A stretch of DNA of 64,000 nt, from IMG/VR virus record IMGVR_UViG_3300036861_001106, positions 1 to 64,000 of that record; one strand, given 5' to 3'. The notes under the pieces were generated by a model. It saw only the letters and a list, made by a program, of their open reading frames with translations. It did no database searches and had not been told where the DNA came from. The stretch's first letter is position 1. The number at the start of each line of letters is the position of its first letter. Of this stretch, positions 41,389 to 51,585 are shown piece after piece. The position numbers and the translations under genes were made by a program. The DNA is from a virus.

Positions 41389-44300
41389 ATGCCGAGTTCC
41401 CTGGTAACTGCGCTTCGAGTCGACCTTGCCGAGTGGCGGAAGCAGCTCCGCGCCGCAGAGGCGGAGTACGCCGCCTTTGTGCAGCGCATGCGGCAGGTTG
41501 GCGTCGTGGCGCCCGGGGGGGCAGCCGCTGGCCGGGCCAGAGCTGGCGCTGCTGCTCCAGCGGTGACGCAGGGGTTTCGCACGGCACAGCAGGTGGCCCA
41601 GTTCACCGGCGTGCCGCGCACCACCATCCAACTGCAGGTCAACGCCGCAACCCAGGCGGCACAGGCGCAGCAGAACCTCGCCAACGCCACGAATGCCGCA
41701 GCCACGCAGGTGCGGAGGAGCACTGCCAAGCGTGACGCGCTGGACCGGCAGGTCGAGCAGGAGGCGCGGCTCAGGATTCAGCAGGGTGGTGTCCCCACGG
41801 CGTTTCCGCGGGGCTTCCGTGGCCGCGTCGTGCGGCAGGCCTTTGAGGAATCCGAGGCGCGCAACATCCTGGCGCTGCAGGCGCGTAGTCGCCAGGAGGA
41901 ACGTGAGCGACGAGCCGCGAATCGGCGCGACTTCACGCAACAGGCTCGCGATGCCAGGCGTGACCTGCGAATTCAGGATCAAGAGGCAGCTCGACAGCGT
42001 CGCACGGAGGAGACGCGGGCTGCCGAGGTTGTGGCGCGCCTCGGCCTCCGCACCCCGGCGCAGGCTGCACGGGAGGCTTTTAGGGCTGAAAATCGTCCTC
42101 CGCTTCGAGTTCGCGGCGGTGGCGGTGGCCCCATTGACCCCAACCGCCTCCAACAGGCTGTGCGCCTCGTCGGCACCAACCTCACCAACGCCTTTGACAA
42201 GGCCACGCGGGCCGCCAATGCCCTGGGGATCGTGGCCAACGTCAGCCTCCTGGGTGGCCTCGTCGGCCTCGTCGCCGAGGGCATCAAGCTCAACGCCGCC
42301 CTGGAGCGCACCAACCTCACCATGGCGGCCACCCTGGCCCTGTCCAACGACGTGGTCGACTCCCAGGGCAGGACCGTGGAGGGGGCCGCGAAGGCCAACG
42401 CGCTCCTCAGGGGCACGGCGGGCATCTACAACATCATCCGCGACGTGGCGGCGAAGTCCCTCCTGGAGCAGCAGGAGCTACAGGAGACGGTCACCGAGAA
42501 CCTCGCCCTCGCCCAGCGGGCTGGCTTCCGCTTCAACCGCCTGCGTCCCGAGTCCTTCCGCCCGGCTATTCAGGCCATCGCCAACGTCGCGCAGATCGCC
42601 CGGGCCATTGGTCTCCCCGGTGGTCAGCGACAGACCTCGCAGGAGGTGCGGGCTCTATTGCTCGGCGAGCGCCTGCAGGGGGCCACGGTTGCACGCCTCC
42701 TCAACTTCCGCAGCATCAGCGAGATTCAGCGCCTGCAGGCACGTCCTGGCCGTCAGGGTCCGAGGGGCCCTTCAGCCTTCGTGGAGGAGCTGACCAAGCG
42801 GTTCCAGCAGGCCAAGCCCATCCTGGACGCCTTCGCGCAGTCCGCCACCGGGGTGTTCACGACCCTCATCTCGCAGGTCAAGCTGTTCCTGCAGATTGCC
42901 ACCGAGGCGGCCTTTAAGCAGATTGTGGGAGTCACGCGCAACCTGCGGGACTTCCTCACCGACGAGCGCGTCAAGAGTAGTGCCCAGGAGGTGGGGAAGG
43001 TCATCGGCACCCTCGTGCGCGACGTCGTTGGCCTGGGTCGCGCGCTGGCCCCCGCCTTGACCTTCTTCCGCTTCCTGGCGGAGCACGCGCGGGAGCTGAT
43101 TGCCGTTGCCCTGGCCTTCAAGGGGCTGCAGCTCACGCAGACAGCGGCTGGGTTCCTCGGGGGTCGTGGCGGCGGCGCTGCCGGCGCTGCCGGTGCCGCC
43201 GGACAGGCAGCCGCCGGGGTTGCGGGGGCGGCGGCCCCGGGCTTCCTCGGGCGCTTCGCGGCGGCGCGAGGTGGGCTTGCCCTCGGTGGTGCAGCGCGGC
43301 TTGGCCTGCTGGGCCGGCTCGCAGGCCTGGGCGCTGCCGGTGGGCTCGCCGCGGGGGCGCTCCCGGCGACGCTGGTTGGTGGTGCCGCGCTCACGGGGCT
43401 CGGGGTTGGTGCTGGCGTCAACTTCCTCGCCCAGGGCTTGCCAACCCAGCTTGGGCAGCGCGCAGGTGCGGGTCGCGTCGTCGAGCAGGTGCAGCCCGAG
43501 CGTGCAGCGCTCGTCGAGCCCCTTCTCCGCACCCGTGAGCGGCGCAGTCGCCTGCGGGAATTCATTCGACGGGAAGGGACGGAAGCCGCTCAATTTACAC
43601 CCCTTGAGAGATTTGCGGGTCTGTTCGGAGGGGGAGGTTTTGGTGGTGTTCTCAGGCGACTAGAGCAGCAACGGGGCCCAGACTTCGGGCCAAAGACGAC
43701 AGTTGCGGGTGCCCGTCGAGCGGAACAACAGCTCAAGGCGCAGGAGGACCAGCAGTCCAAGACCGCCAAGGAGGCCGAGGAGTACCGGCTGCGGGTGCAC
43801 GAGAGCGCCCTGCGGCAGGAGCAACTGCAGGCGAAGCTGGCCTTCGCCGAGCTGAACCGGGACCGGGAGGCAGCCCTCAAGCTCCAGGCCAAGCTGGAGC
43901 AAGAGAACATCATCACCCAGTTCGAGGACAAGAAGGCGGCGGCCATCCGCCTCAAGGCGCTGGACAAGACCCTGCAGCGCGACCTCCTTGAGCTGCGGGA
44001 GGACGAGGCACTCGCGGTCAGGCAGCTCCAGGCGGAGAGCCTCCAGGACGAGGAGGGCCTCATCCGCCTGCGCACCCTGCGGGAGACGATTGACGCGCGT
44101 CGCCGCATCAGGGACAAGCGGCAGCTCACCCAGACCCTGGCGGCAATCGAGCTGCAGGGCCGGCGGGCCCTCATCTCGCAGTTCCTGACGCGGCAGGGAG
44201 AGCGGGCGGGGGTCCGGGGCGAGCTGGCCACCGCGCAGGGGCGCACCCTCACCGCGCTCCGCGAGGAGGCCCTGGGGCGCGTGGCCCAGTTCGGGCAGCA

Positions 44301-45555
44301 GGTGGCAGCGGGGAAGGCCACGGTCGCGGAGTTCTTCCAGTTCTACAACGCCACCGTCAAGGACACGGCCCGCCGGGAGATCGAGGCGCGCCAGGAGGTG
44401 CGGGACAAGGCGCGGGACTTCGGGCTGCAGATCATTGACCTGGCACAGCAGGGTGCCCTGAAGCGCAAGGAGATCGAGCTGGACGTGGCCCACTTCCAGG
44501 AGCGCCTCCGCGACCGCGACATCGAGAACGTCAAGGCGCGGCTGGCCGAGGAGGTGAACCTCCGCCGGGCCGCGCAGGCGAGGATTGATGCACGGGTTGA
44601 TGAGTCACTGTTCAAGCGCCAGCGGGCTGCGAAGCAGGCCGCAGCGCAGGCGCTGCAGACCCAGCGGCAGGGAGTGGCCGCCCCCGTCATTGGCCCCAAC
44701 GGTGAGGTGCTCTTTCCCGGTGGCGGTCAGCTTGGGCAGCCGTCGTTGCCCATCACCCTCCCCTCCGTGCAGCAGGAGGTGCAGCGACGACTGCTGCAGC
44801 AGATCCAGCGTGGACCTGAGACCAGACTGCTTCCTGGCGCGCAGCAGGGCGAGCTTGCAGCACAGCGGGCACAGGAGTTCATCCGCAACCTCGTTGACAC
44901 CCTCCTGGGGGAGGGGGGGCTGGAGGAAGCAGGGGCGCAGCTTCGTGGGCTTGGTGTCAACGTCACCCCGGGCATTCGGCAGCAGCTCGCCGGCGCGGCC
45001 ATCACCGCCGGTGGGGTGCGAGAGGATCAGCGCACCTTCGCCGACATCCGTGAGGCGCAGCAGGTGCGGGAGCGCACCATCGACGCTGACCAGGGTCTGC
45101 TGGACGCACAGGAGAGTCGCCGGGAGCGGGAGCTGCAGGACCGGCGCAGCTTGCGGGATGAGGGAGTTGAGCGGCAGCGGCTGCAGGTTGATTCGGCGCG
45201 GGCGCTCCTACAGCTCAACGTGGAGTTCGGGCGCACGCAGGACGCAATCCGAAAGTTTGCAGGGGAGGCAACGCGGGCTGGGATTGCGCTTGACCAGGGG
45301 CTGACACGGATCTTTCAGACCTTCCTGGGTGCCCGCGTGCCTGCCCCTGAGGCGGCGATTGCCGGACAGGCCCAGCAGCAGCTTGAGCGTGCGGGTGCCC
45401 CTCGCAAACCCGGTGAGACCCCCACCAGGAATCAACGGGGGGAGGGTGGCACCACCATCAACCTCAACATCGGGCAGCTCGGCGCCGACACGAAGAAGAC
45501 GTTGGACACCCTCAAGGACCAGCTCATCCGCGACAGCCGCCGGACCACCGCGTAG
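41389..45555 (+). CDS. tape measure protein
   Basis: ~1390 aa, Ala/Gln/Arg-rich helical, Gly/Ala hydrophobic middle, C-terminal TTINLNI. Confidence 0.85.
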   Translation: MPSSLVTALRVDLAEWRKQLRAAEAEYAAFVQRMRQVGVVAPGGAAAGRARAGAAAPAVTQGFRTAQQVAQFTGVPRTTIQLQVNAATQAAQAQQNLANATNAAATQVRRSTAKRDALDRQVEQEARLRIQQGGVPTAFPRGFRGRVVRQAFEESEARNILALQARSRQEERERRAANRRDFTQQARDARRDLRIQDQEAARQRRTEETRAAEVVARLGLRTPAQAAREAFRAENRPPLRVRGGGGGPIDPNRLQQAVRLVGTNLTNAFDKATRAANALGIVANVSLLGGLVGLVAEGIKLNAALERTNLTMAATLALSNDVVDSQGRTVEGAAKANALLRGTAGIYNIIRDVAAKSLLEQQELQETVTENLALAQRAGFRFNRLRPESFRPAIQAIANVAQIARAIGLPGGQRQTSQEVRALLLGERLQGATVARLLNFRSISEIQRLQARPGRQGPRGPSAFVEELTKRFQQAKPILDAFAQSATGVFTTLISQVKLFLQIATEAAFKQIVGVTRNLRDFLTDERVKSSAQEVGKVIGTLVRDVVGLGRALAPALTFFRFLAEHARELIAVALAFKGLQLTQTAAGFLGGRGGGAAGAAGAAGQAAAGVAGAAAPGFLGRFAAARGGLALGGAARLGLLGRLAGLGAAGGLAAGALPATLVGGAALTGLGVGAGVNFLAQGLPTQLGQRAGAGRVVEQVQPERAALVEPLLRTRERRSRLREFIRREGTEAAQFTPLERFAGLFGGGGFGGVLRRLEQQRGPDFGPKTTVAGARRAEQQLKAQEDQQSKTAKEAEEYRLRVHESALRQEQLQAKLAFAELNRDREAALKLQAKLEQENIITQFEDKKAAAIRLKALDKTLQRDLLELREDEALAVRQLQAESLQDEEGLIRLRTLRETIDARRRIRDKRQLTQTLAAIELQGRRALISQFLTRQGERAGVRGELATAQGRTLTALREEALGRVAQFGQQVAAGKATVAEFFQFYNATVKDTARREIEARQEVRDKARDFGLQIIDLAQQGALKRKEIELDVAHFQERLRDRDIENVKARLAEEVNLRRAAQARIDARVDESLFKRQRAAKQAAAQALQTQRQGVAAPVIGPNGEVLFPGGGQLGQPSLPITLPSVQQEVQRRLLQQIQRGPETRLLPGAQQGELAAQRAQEFIRNLVDTLLGEGGLEEAGAQLRGLGVNVTPGIRQQLAGAAITAGGVREDQRTFADIREAQQVRERTIDADQGLLDAQESRRERELQDRRSLRDEGVERQRLQVDSARALLQLNVEFGRTQDAIRKFAGEATRAGIALDQGLTRIFQTFLGARVPAPEAAIAGQAQQQLERAGAPRKPGETPTRNQRGEGGTTINLNIGQLGADTKKTLDTLKDQLIRDSRRTTA

Positions 45556-45584
45556 TTGACAGGTGTCAGCCCGTGGGGTAGAAT
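45556..45584 (+). promoter_or_regulatory. consensus promoter, probably leaderless transcript
   Basis: TTGACA-17-TAGAAT, 6 nt before GTG at 45591. Confidence 0.75.
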
Positions 45585-45590
45585 AAGACT

Positions 45591-46016
45591 GTGCCGACAC
45601 CACTTGCAGCCAGCAGCATGTCCCTCCGCAGCCTCGACGGCGGCAACATCACCACCTTCTCCGTCGACCCCACCCGGTACGACCCCTTCCAGAATGCCAA
45701 GCGCGGCAGCAGCCACCGGGTCCTCTCCGGCTCCGTCATCCACCAGGACCGTGGGCTGCAGGTGGCGGACTTCGTGATCAACCTGGAGGCTGAGGTCACC
45801 GACTATGTGACATGTCAAGACCTCTGGACTAAGTTTCGAAGTCAGGGCACGACCTGGGAGCTGCGGGACTGGTTCCCGAATCGCTTCGAGGTGCTCTTTG
45901 CCCCAGGACAGGCAGCCTTCCACCCAGTCCCAATTCGAGGAAGCTGCGACAGCTTCGAGATTTCGATGGTCTTCTACGTTGTTAGAGTGATACAGTGGTT
46001 CGGTTCCTCGTATTGA
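45591..46016 (+). CDS. putative distal tail protein
   Basis: follows the tape measure; beta-rich. Confidence 0.5.
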   Translation: MPTPLAASSMSLRSLDGGNITTFSVDPTRYDPFQNAKRGSSHRVLSGSVIHQDRGLQVADFVINLEAEVTDYVTCQDLWTKFRSQGTTWELRDWFPNRFEVLFAPGQAAFHPVPIRGSCDSFEISMVFYVVRVIQWFGSSY

Positions 46017-46026
46017 GGAGGCTTGC

Positions 46027-46908
46027 TTGGCTGACCAGCTCAAGGTCTTTGGTGCGCTTGGCGGTGGCGTGGGTGACCTCTGGTGGGACTGGCTTCACGA
46101 ACCCAGCTTTCGCAAGCTGGCCAGTCTCGTGGAGCGCAATGGCGCGCGCGTGCGCATCTACTCCCAGTGTCACTGCGCTGGTGCTGCCACGGACCTGTTC
46201 CACGGTCACCCCCACGTCCATGAGGTCGTGGAGGAGCCCTGGGCACCACCCACGCCCGAGCTGCAGCACCGGTGGAACACCCCCACTGCGGATGGCTTCA
46301 TCCCGCTCTCGCGCAATGACCTGCTGCATGACGCGGGGGTGCGCCAACTTGACCTTCAACAACCGCAGATCCACCTGCTGGAGGGTGAGCGTCACCTGCT
46401 TGGTCAACTCCTGACGCGGCGCCCCTGCGTCGTGGCCCAGCCCTACGCGGGGCTCTCTGACCGCGATGGCTTTGACGTGGCTGCCATCGCACGGCTGGCT
46501 GCAGCCCTGCAGCACCTCGCACCGGCGGCCAGCCTCCTGGTGATTGGCCGGAACCATGACCGCGGCCACAAGTACACACAGGAGCTGTGCCCAGCCGCAC
46601 CAAACCTCACCGACCTGATTGATCAGCTCAACATTCGGGTGACCTACCACCTCGTGGCCAATTGTGACGCCTTTGTCGGGGCGCACTCAAACCTCATCCG
46701 CGCTGCCTGGGACCACCGGCGTCGCACGGTGCTGGTGGTGCCCGAGCCCCTGATGACGCGCCACCTGCCGACGCTGGACTCAAAGTACACCTACGGGCTG
46801 CGACACCCAGAAAATAGGGTATTCACGTATCCCTTCGACCATGGTCAGGAGCGACAATTTGACCAGCTCGACACCAGCGCCATCGCCGAGTTCCTCCTGC
46901 GGGGCTGA
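46027..46908 (+). CDS. GT9-like glycosyltransferase
   Basis: GGGVGD, DLIDQLNIR, CDAFVGAHSNL. Confidence 0.7.
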   Translation: MADQLKVFGALGGGVGDLWWDWLHEPSFRKLASLVERNGARVRIYSQCHCAGAATDLFHGHPHVHEVVEEPWAPPTPELQHRWNTPTADGFIPLSRNDLLHDAGVRQLDLQQPQIHLLEGERHLLGQLLTRRPCVVAQPYAGLSDRDGFDVAAIARLAAALQHLAPAASLLVIGRNHDRGHKYTQELCPAAPNLTDLIDQLNIRVTYHLVANCDAFVGAHSNLIRAAWDHRRRTVLVVPEPLMTRHLPTLDSKYTYGLRHPENRVFTYPFDHGQERQFDQLDTSAIAEFLLRG

Positions 46909-47641
46909 GCAGCGCGAGCGCTGCCCCGCCTGTGCTCGGGACTTGCTGTACCCCCACCAGCGGGGACTTGGCTACTGCTACCACTGCTTCACCTACTGTG
47001 CTGCTGACCGACACACGACTGCGGTCTATGACCGTGCCTACGTGGCAGAGCGCTATGATCGGTACCCAGCCATGCAGCAGATGAGCGAGCTGCGCCTGCG
47101 CGTGTTGTGGCACGTCCTGAGCCTGCACGAGTGTGCTGCCACCGGCGAGCAGCTTCGCCGGGGCCGGCTCCTGGACGTGGGGTACGGGAATGGCAGCTTC
47201 ATTCGCGCCGCCGCTGCCGTCGGGTGGGCTGCCGTGGGGAATGACGTCAACCCCACCGAGTACCCCGGTGTGCGGCGCGTGGCGCTGCCGACAGACCCAC
47301 TGCCGCCGGAGGAGCGCTACCGGGTCATCACGTTCTTCGACTCCCTGGAGCACTTCGAGGACCTGGCCGCGCCACGAGCGGCAGCGCTCAGCACTGACTG
47401 GCTGATGATCAGCGTGCCCCGGGCTCCCCGGAGCTTCCCCAGTCGACCCTGGAAGCACTTTCGACCTGGGGAGCACCACCACTACTGGTGGAACCCCCGG
47501 TCGTTCGAGCTGATCTTCACGACGCCGGAGGTGCAGGCGCGGCTCGTCTACGCCGAGCACCCGGAGGACCACATTCGCGGGACACTGCCGGATGGAGTGC
47601 CGAACATCATGACCTGTGTCCTGAGGCTGGAGCGGCTGTGA
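46841..47641 (+). CDS. class I SAM-dependent methyltransferase (start uncertain)
   Basis: LLDVGYGNGSF, ITFFDSLEHF, WKHFRPGEH. Confidence 0.85.
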   Translation: MVRSDNLTSSTPAPSPSSSCGAEQRERCPACARDLLYPHQRGLGYCYHCFTYCAADRHTTAVYDRAYVAERYDRYPAMQQMSELRLRVLWHVLSLHECAATGEQLRRGRLLDVGYGNGSFIRAAAAVGWAAVGNDVNPTEYPGVRRVALPTDPLPPEERYRVITFFDSLEHFEDLAAPRAAALSTDWLMISVPRAPRSFPSRPWKHFRPGEHHHYWWNPRSFELIFTTPEVQARLVYAEHPEDHIRGTLPDGVPNIMTCVLRLERL

Positions 47642-48300
47642 GACACGACATCTTCCACGTCAGCGAGCGGTACCCAGTGCCCATCTCCAGCTTTGCAGTG
47701 CCCTCGGACATCACCATCTTTGGCGGCCGCTGGGCAGATGACACGTATTACGCGGATTACGCGGGCATTGCCAGGAAGTACCGGCCCGAGGAGATCCTGG
47801 AGATCGGGGTGCGCTTCGGTTACTCCGGCATTGCGATGTGCCTGGGTGCCCTTGCAGGACGCCCAAATTACGATCCAGAGGTGTGGATCCTCGGCTACGA
47901 TGGAATCGACGCTTGCTTCTTCAGTCACCCTGAAGATCCAGCAGTCTCAAGCAACGAGGTTGCCAGCGCGAACTTCGCAGCCCAGACGCCAAGCGTTGGT
48001 GTTGAGCTGTTTCGCCACGACACACGAGCGGGGCTGCCCGAGAAGGTGTGTCAGTACCTTGGAGTCTATGACCTTGTCAACGTTGACGGGGACCACTCCT
48101 ACGAGGGGTGCTACCGCGACCTTGTCAACATCTGGCCCCTGACTGCCCCTGGTGCGGTTGTGATCGTAGACGACACGGGGATGACCGACGTGAAGCGCGC
48201 GGTGGAGCAGTTCCGTGACGAGCACCTTGCGGAGTTGCAGGCGTTCCAGTGGCACGAGAATGAGCGTGGGCTGGCGCTCCTGCAGCGGAACGCAGGCTGA
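47638..48300 (+). CDS. Methyltransf_24-type SAM methyltransferase
   Basis: ILEIGVRFGYS, DLVNVDGDHSYEG, GAVVIVDD. Confidence 0.85.
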   Translation: MRHDIFHVSERYPVPISSFAVPSDITIFGGRWADDTYYADYAGIARKYRPEEILEIGVRFGYSGIAMCLGALAGRPNYDPEVWILGYDGIDACFFSHPEDPAVSSNEVASANFAAQTPSVGVELFRHDTRAGLPEKVCQYLGVYDLVNVDGDHSYEGCYRDLVNIWPLTAPGAVVIVDDTGMTDVKRAVEQFRDEHLAELQAFQWHENERGLALLQRNAG

Positions 48301-48830
48301 TGGGAAAGCGTGCCTACTTTGTGCTTGGCCCCGAGAACTCCGGCACGAGGTTCTTCCGGCGGTGCCTCTGCTCGGCAGGGTGCTACGGTGACCCGGACGC
48401 CGGTGAGAGCACCGATGACCTGTGCTTCCGCGACAAGCCAAGCAAGCTCGCACTTGCGCGCAGCGTGCCCAATGGGCTGCTGGTGCCGGACGTGCTTGCC
48501 ATCGCGGGGCTGCTCAAGGCAGCGGGGTACCGGGTGACGCCCATCCTCATCTCTCGGCGCAGCGACTTCGTGGTGGCAGGGCAGTTGAAGAACTACGAGG
48601 GGCGCACCTTCGAGGCGGCGCGGCAGACGATCCTGGTGGCGGCCAAGCTGGCCTACGAGCTGGCGAGCTGGCTGAAGACGACCCTGGTCGTGGTGCCGTA
48701 CGGGCTCTTCGTGACGGTGCCGGAGGTGCGGGGACACCTGTTTGCGCAGCTCGGGCTGCCGCCGCCAACCGTCGAGGTCGTCAACGCCAATGAGAAGTAC
48801 GGGCTGGCAGGGCTGCTGCTGCCGTTCTGA
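48300..48830 (+). CDS. sulfotransferase-like/P-loop-fold protein
   Basis: FVLGPENSGTRF resembles the 5'-PSB loop; VPY..FV..PE...LF..LGL. Confidence 0.5.
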   Translation: MGKRAYFVLGPENSGTRFFRRCLCSAGCYGDPDAGESTDDLCFRDKPSKLALARSVPNGLLVPDVLAIAGLLKAAGYRVTPILISRRSDFVVAGQLKNYEGRTFEAARQTILVAAKLAYELASWLKTTLVVVPYGLFVTVPEVRGHLFAQLGLPPPTVEVVNANEKYGLAGLLLPF

Positions 48831-48842
48831 GGGGAGGCTGAC

Positions 48843-49526
48843 TTGGTTGTCGAGGTGGAGTTCCTGACCGAGCCGGAGTGGTGGAAATTTGATCGTCGGC
48901 TGGTGGACCAGGTGGCCTTCCCGCTGGGTGACCGGTACCCGCAGGAGATCATCGACCGGTACTTCGCGGTCTACGGTGGCCTAGTCCACAAGTTCCGCCC
49001 ACGACACATGCTGGAGATTGGCGTGCGGTTCGGCTACACGGGCATCGTCTGCTGCGCGGCAGCGCTGGCGGCGGGCGTCGAGCGCTTCGAGTACCTGGGC
49101 ATCGACGATGAGAGCTACCACGCCGGGTCGTGCCAGCAGGCCAACGACAACTTCCGCATCGTTGGGTTCCACGCGCGCTGTCGGGCGCTGCGGTGGAACT
49201 CCTTCGACGGCATCCCGGCCAAGCTGGGGACCTTTGACCTCATCCACGTCGACGGCAACCACGACAAGCACGGGGTGCTCAATGACCTCATGAACGTGTG
49301 GCCCATCCTGCACCAGCGGGGCTTCGTGATCCTCGATGACTACTACTTCCCCCAGATCAGGGAGGCCATCGACCAGTGGCTGGAGGAGTTCGTGGACAGT
49401 GACAACGTCGTGGCGGTGCAGTTCGTGGAGGATGAGCGTGGCCACGCCATCATTCGCAAGACAGGGCTGCGCAGGGAGGAGCTGCAGGACCAGGAGGGGT
49501 TGGTGATGGAGGCCCTCACCCTGTGA
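48843..49526 (+). CDS. Methyltransf_24-type SAM methyltransferase (paralog of 47638)
   Basis: LEIGVRFGYT, FDLIHVDGNH, GFVILDD. Confidence 0.85.
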   Translation: MVVEVEFLTEPEWWKFDRRLVDQVAFPLGDRYPQEIIDRYFAVYGGLVHKFRPRHMLEIGVRFGYTGIVCCAAALAAGVERFEYLGIDDESYHAGSCQQANDNFRIVGFHARCRALRWNSFDGIPAKLGTFDLIHVDGNHDKHGVLNDLMNVWPILHQRGFVILDDYYFPQIREAIDQWLEEFVDSDNVVAVQFVEDERGHAIIRKTGLRREELQDQEGLVMEALTL

Positions 49527-50563
49527 TTGCGGAGGCTACTCGCGTGCTCAAGGTGTGGCCCACTCGGGTTGTCCGTGAGCCAAAGCTCAAGAAGATCACC
49601 GTCTTCCGACAGCTTGGCGGAATCGGTGACGTCCTGATGTGCACGCCAGTGTTCCGCGGGCTCAAGGAGAAGTACCCCGGGTGCTTCTTGACCGTGGCGA
49701 CTGACAGCAGCTACATGGCGGGCTGTCTGCCGATGATCTTTCGGCACAACCCCTTCATCGACGATCTCGTTCACGTCAACCCCTTTGAGTTTGTCTGCTC
49801 TCCCACGCGGCACGTGCGGCAGGAGTTCCGCAACGCGCCGAACCACGCTGACATGGTGCCTCACTGCGTGCGGGACACGGACCTGGTGATCGACCTGAAC
49901 GTCGTCTGCGCCCTGACCGAGACTGCCCAGCAGCCCCACGTCAAGGACCACCGCACGGACATCTGGTGCCGGGCTGCGGGGGTGGCACCCTCCAACCGGC
50001 GCCCCATCCTGCACCTGACCGGCAGCGAGCTGGCGGAGGGAGCACGGTGGTGTGAGGAGCGCCTCGGGGCCGGCGTGCGGGTCGGCGTGGTGCTCACCAC
50101 CAAGGACCCGGCGCGGGACTGGCCCTTCGCCTCCCAGTTCGCCTGGGAGCTGCAGCAGCGTGGCTACAAGGTGTGCTCGATCGATGCACTCAAGAAGGTC
50201 ACGGACCAGGTGCCAGCCATGCTCGGCATGCACATCCGCAAGGTGGCTGCCGCCATCGCCCACCTCGACGTCGTCGTCTCCCCGGACACCGGCATCCTCC
50301 ACGTCGCGGGCACGCTGGGGGTGCCGGTCGTCGGCCTGTTTGGTCCCACCGACGGGGCCCTGCGGATGCGGGAGTACCCTGGTAGCTACGTCAACCCCAC
50401 CGCCATTGTGGACTGTGCTCCCTGCTGGTACCTGCATCCCTGCCGGAAGGAGAATCCGAAGGAGCCGGCGAAGCACTACGTGTGCATGCGACGCCTCACC
50501 AAGGAGCTGGTGCTCCACGAGCTGGAGGCCACCCTCCGACGCTTCGGCAAGGAGCCGCTGTAG
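49523..50563 (+). CDS. GT9 (heptosyltransferase-like) glycosyltransferase
   Basis: GGIGDVLM.TP, HNPFID, SPDTGILHVAGTLGVPVVGLFGPT, C.PC. Confidence 0.9.
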   Translation: MIAEATRVLKVWPTRVVREPKLKKITVFRQLGGIGDVLMCTPVFRGLKEKYPGCFLTVATDSSYMAGCLPMIFRHNPFIDDLVHVNPFEFVCSPTRHVRQEFRNAPNHADMVPHCVRDTDLVIDLNVVCALTETAQQPHVKDHRTDIWCRAAGVAPSNRRPILHLTGSELAEGARWCEERLGAGVRVGVVLTTKDPARDWPFASQFAWELQQRGYKVCSIDALKKVTDQVPAMLGMHIRKVAAAIAHLDVVVSPDTGILHVAGTLGVPVVGLFGPTDGALRMREYPGSYVNPTAIVDCAPCWYLHPCRKENPKEPAKHYVCMRRLTKELVLHELEATLRRFGKEPL

Positions 50564-50589
50564 GCGGTATAATGACAAGGAGGAGCTTG

Positions 50590-50922
50590 ATGAAGATTCG
50601 TCAGTTCAGCGCGGTGGTTGTGGTCCTTGGCCTGTTCTTGCTGGCACTACCATTGCCGGCCAACGCCAGCCCCACCGGGCGGCGCAACACCGCCCTCGGA
50701 GTCAGCGCGCTGGCCATCTACGAGATTGCCCGGGGGAACAACGGGCTTGGGCTGCTGAGCGCCGCGGGCGCAGTCGTCGCTTGGAACCGCTACAGCCAGG
50801 GACGGCGCGAGGAGCGCTGCCGGGACGCCTTCAATGCGGGTTTCCGGGCGGGTGTGCGGCGGGCGTGGCGGGAGTGCCCCGACCGTGGGCGTCATCGGGG
50901 TCAGCGGCGTCGAGGCCGCTGA
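50590..50922 (+). CDS. small exported or membrane protein
   Basis: own CGG-TATAAT (50565-50573) and AGGAGG SD; signal peptide ending ANA. Confidence 0.65.
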   Translation: MKIRQFSAVVVVLGLFLLALPLPANASPTGRRNTALGVSALAIYEIARGNNGLGLLSAAGAVVAWNRYSQGRREERCRDAFNAGFRAGVRRAWRECPDRGRHRGQRRRGR

Positions 50923-50935
50923 CGGGAGCTGAGCT

Positions 50936-51307
50936 GTGCCAGCGTCACTGAGAATGCTCGACAGCGACGAGTCCACGGTCATCACGACGTCCGATCAGGG
51001 GAACGTGCCGACCCCGGGCTCGTCCACCGCCAAGAAGTTCTTCGTGCAGAACTTCGGCACCTCGACAGCGGAGGACGTCGTGGTCACGATCGAGGCAGTG
51101 GGGACCAACGACGGGGCGGACTACACGCAGATCGCTGCGGATGTCGCGGGCTCGCCGGGGACGTTCAGCCAGAGCGACGTCAACCTGGGCGACATCGCTG
51201 CCTTGGACGACGCACCCTTCTGGGCGCAGATTGTCCAGCCGAGCGGCCTCACCGCTGACAACAATCCCCGGCGCAGCAGCCTCGTGGCGTCGGGCACAAC
51301 CGTCTAG
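50936..51307 (+). CDS. putative virion protein (Ig-like, acidic)
   Basis: FVQNFG..TA..V.V, VNLGDI; GC3 bias. Confidence 0.55.
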   Translation: MPASLRMLDSDESTVITTSDQGNVPTPGSSTAKKFFVQNFGTSTAEDVVVTIEAVGTNDGADYTQIAADVAGSPGTFSQSDVNLGDIAALDDAPFWAQIVQPSGLTADNNPRRSSLVASGTTV

Positions 51308-51314
51308 GAGCACC

Positions 51315-51575
51315 ATGGGCAAGCAGGCTACGGACGTCGACGTCAAGACCACCACTGTTGAGCGCCACCTGGACCAGGCGACGGCGGACGCGCATGAGCT
51401 GGTGCCGGGCGACTGGTGTGTCCTCCTGAACGAGGAGGGCTTCGAGACCGGGCGGTGGGGCATCGTGTGCAACTCCCTGCGCAACACCGCGCACACCCTG
51501 GAGGTGCGGCTGGGGGCTGACCCGATCCGCACCTTCCCGCGCCGCAAGCTGCGGTGGCTGGGGCCGTTGGACTAA
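51315..51575 (+). CDS. small SH3-like hypothetical protein
   Basis: LVPGDWCV...WGIV...VRL. Confidence 0.55.
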   Translation: MGKQATDVDVKTTTVERHLDQATADAHELVPGDWCVLLNEEGFETGRWGIVCNSLRNTAHTLEVRLGADPIRTFPRRKLRWLGPLD

Positions 51576-51585
51576 AGGAGAGGCA

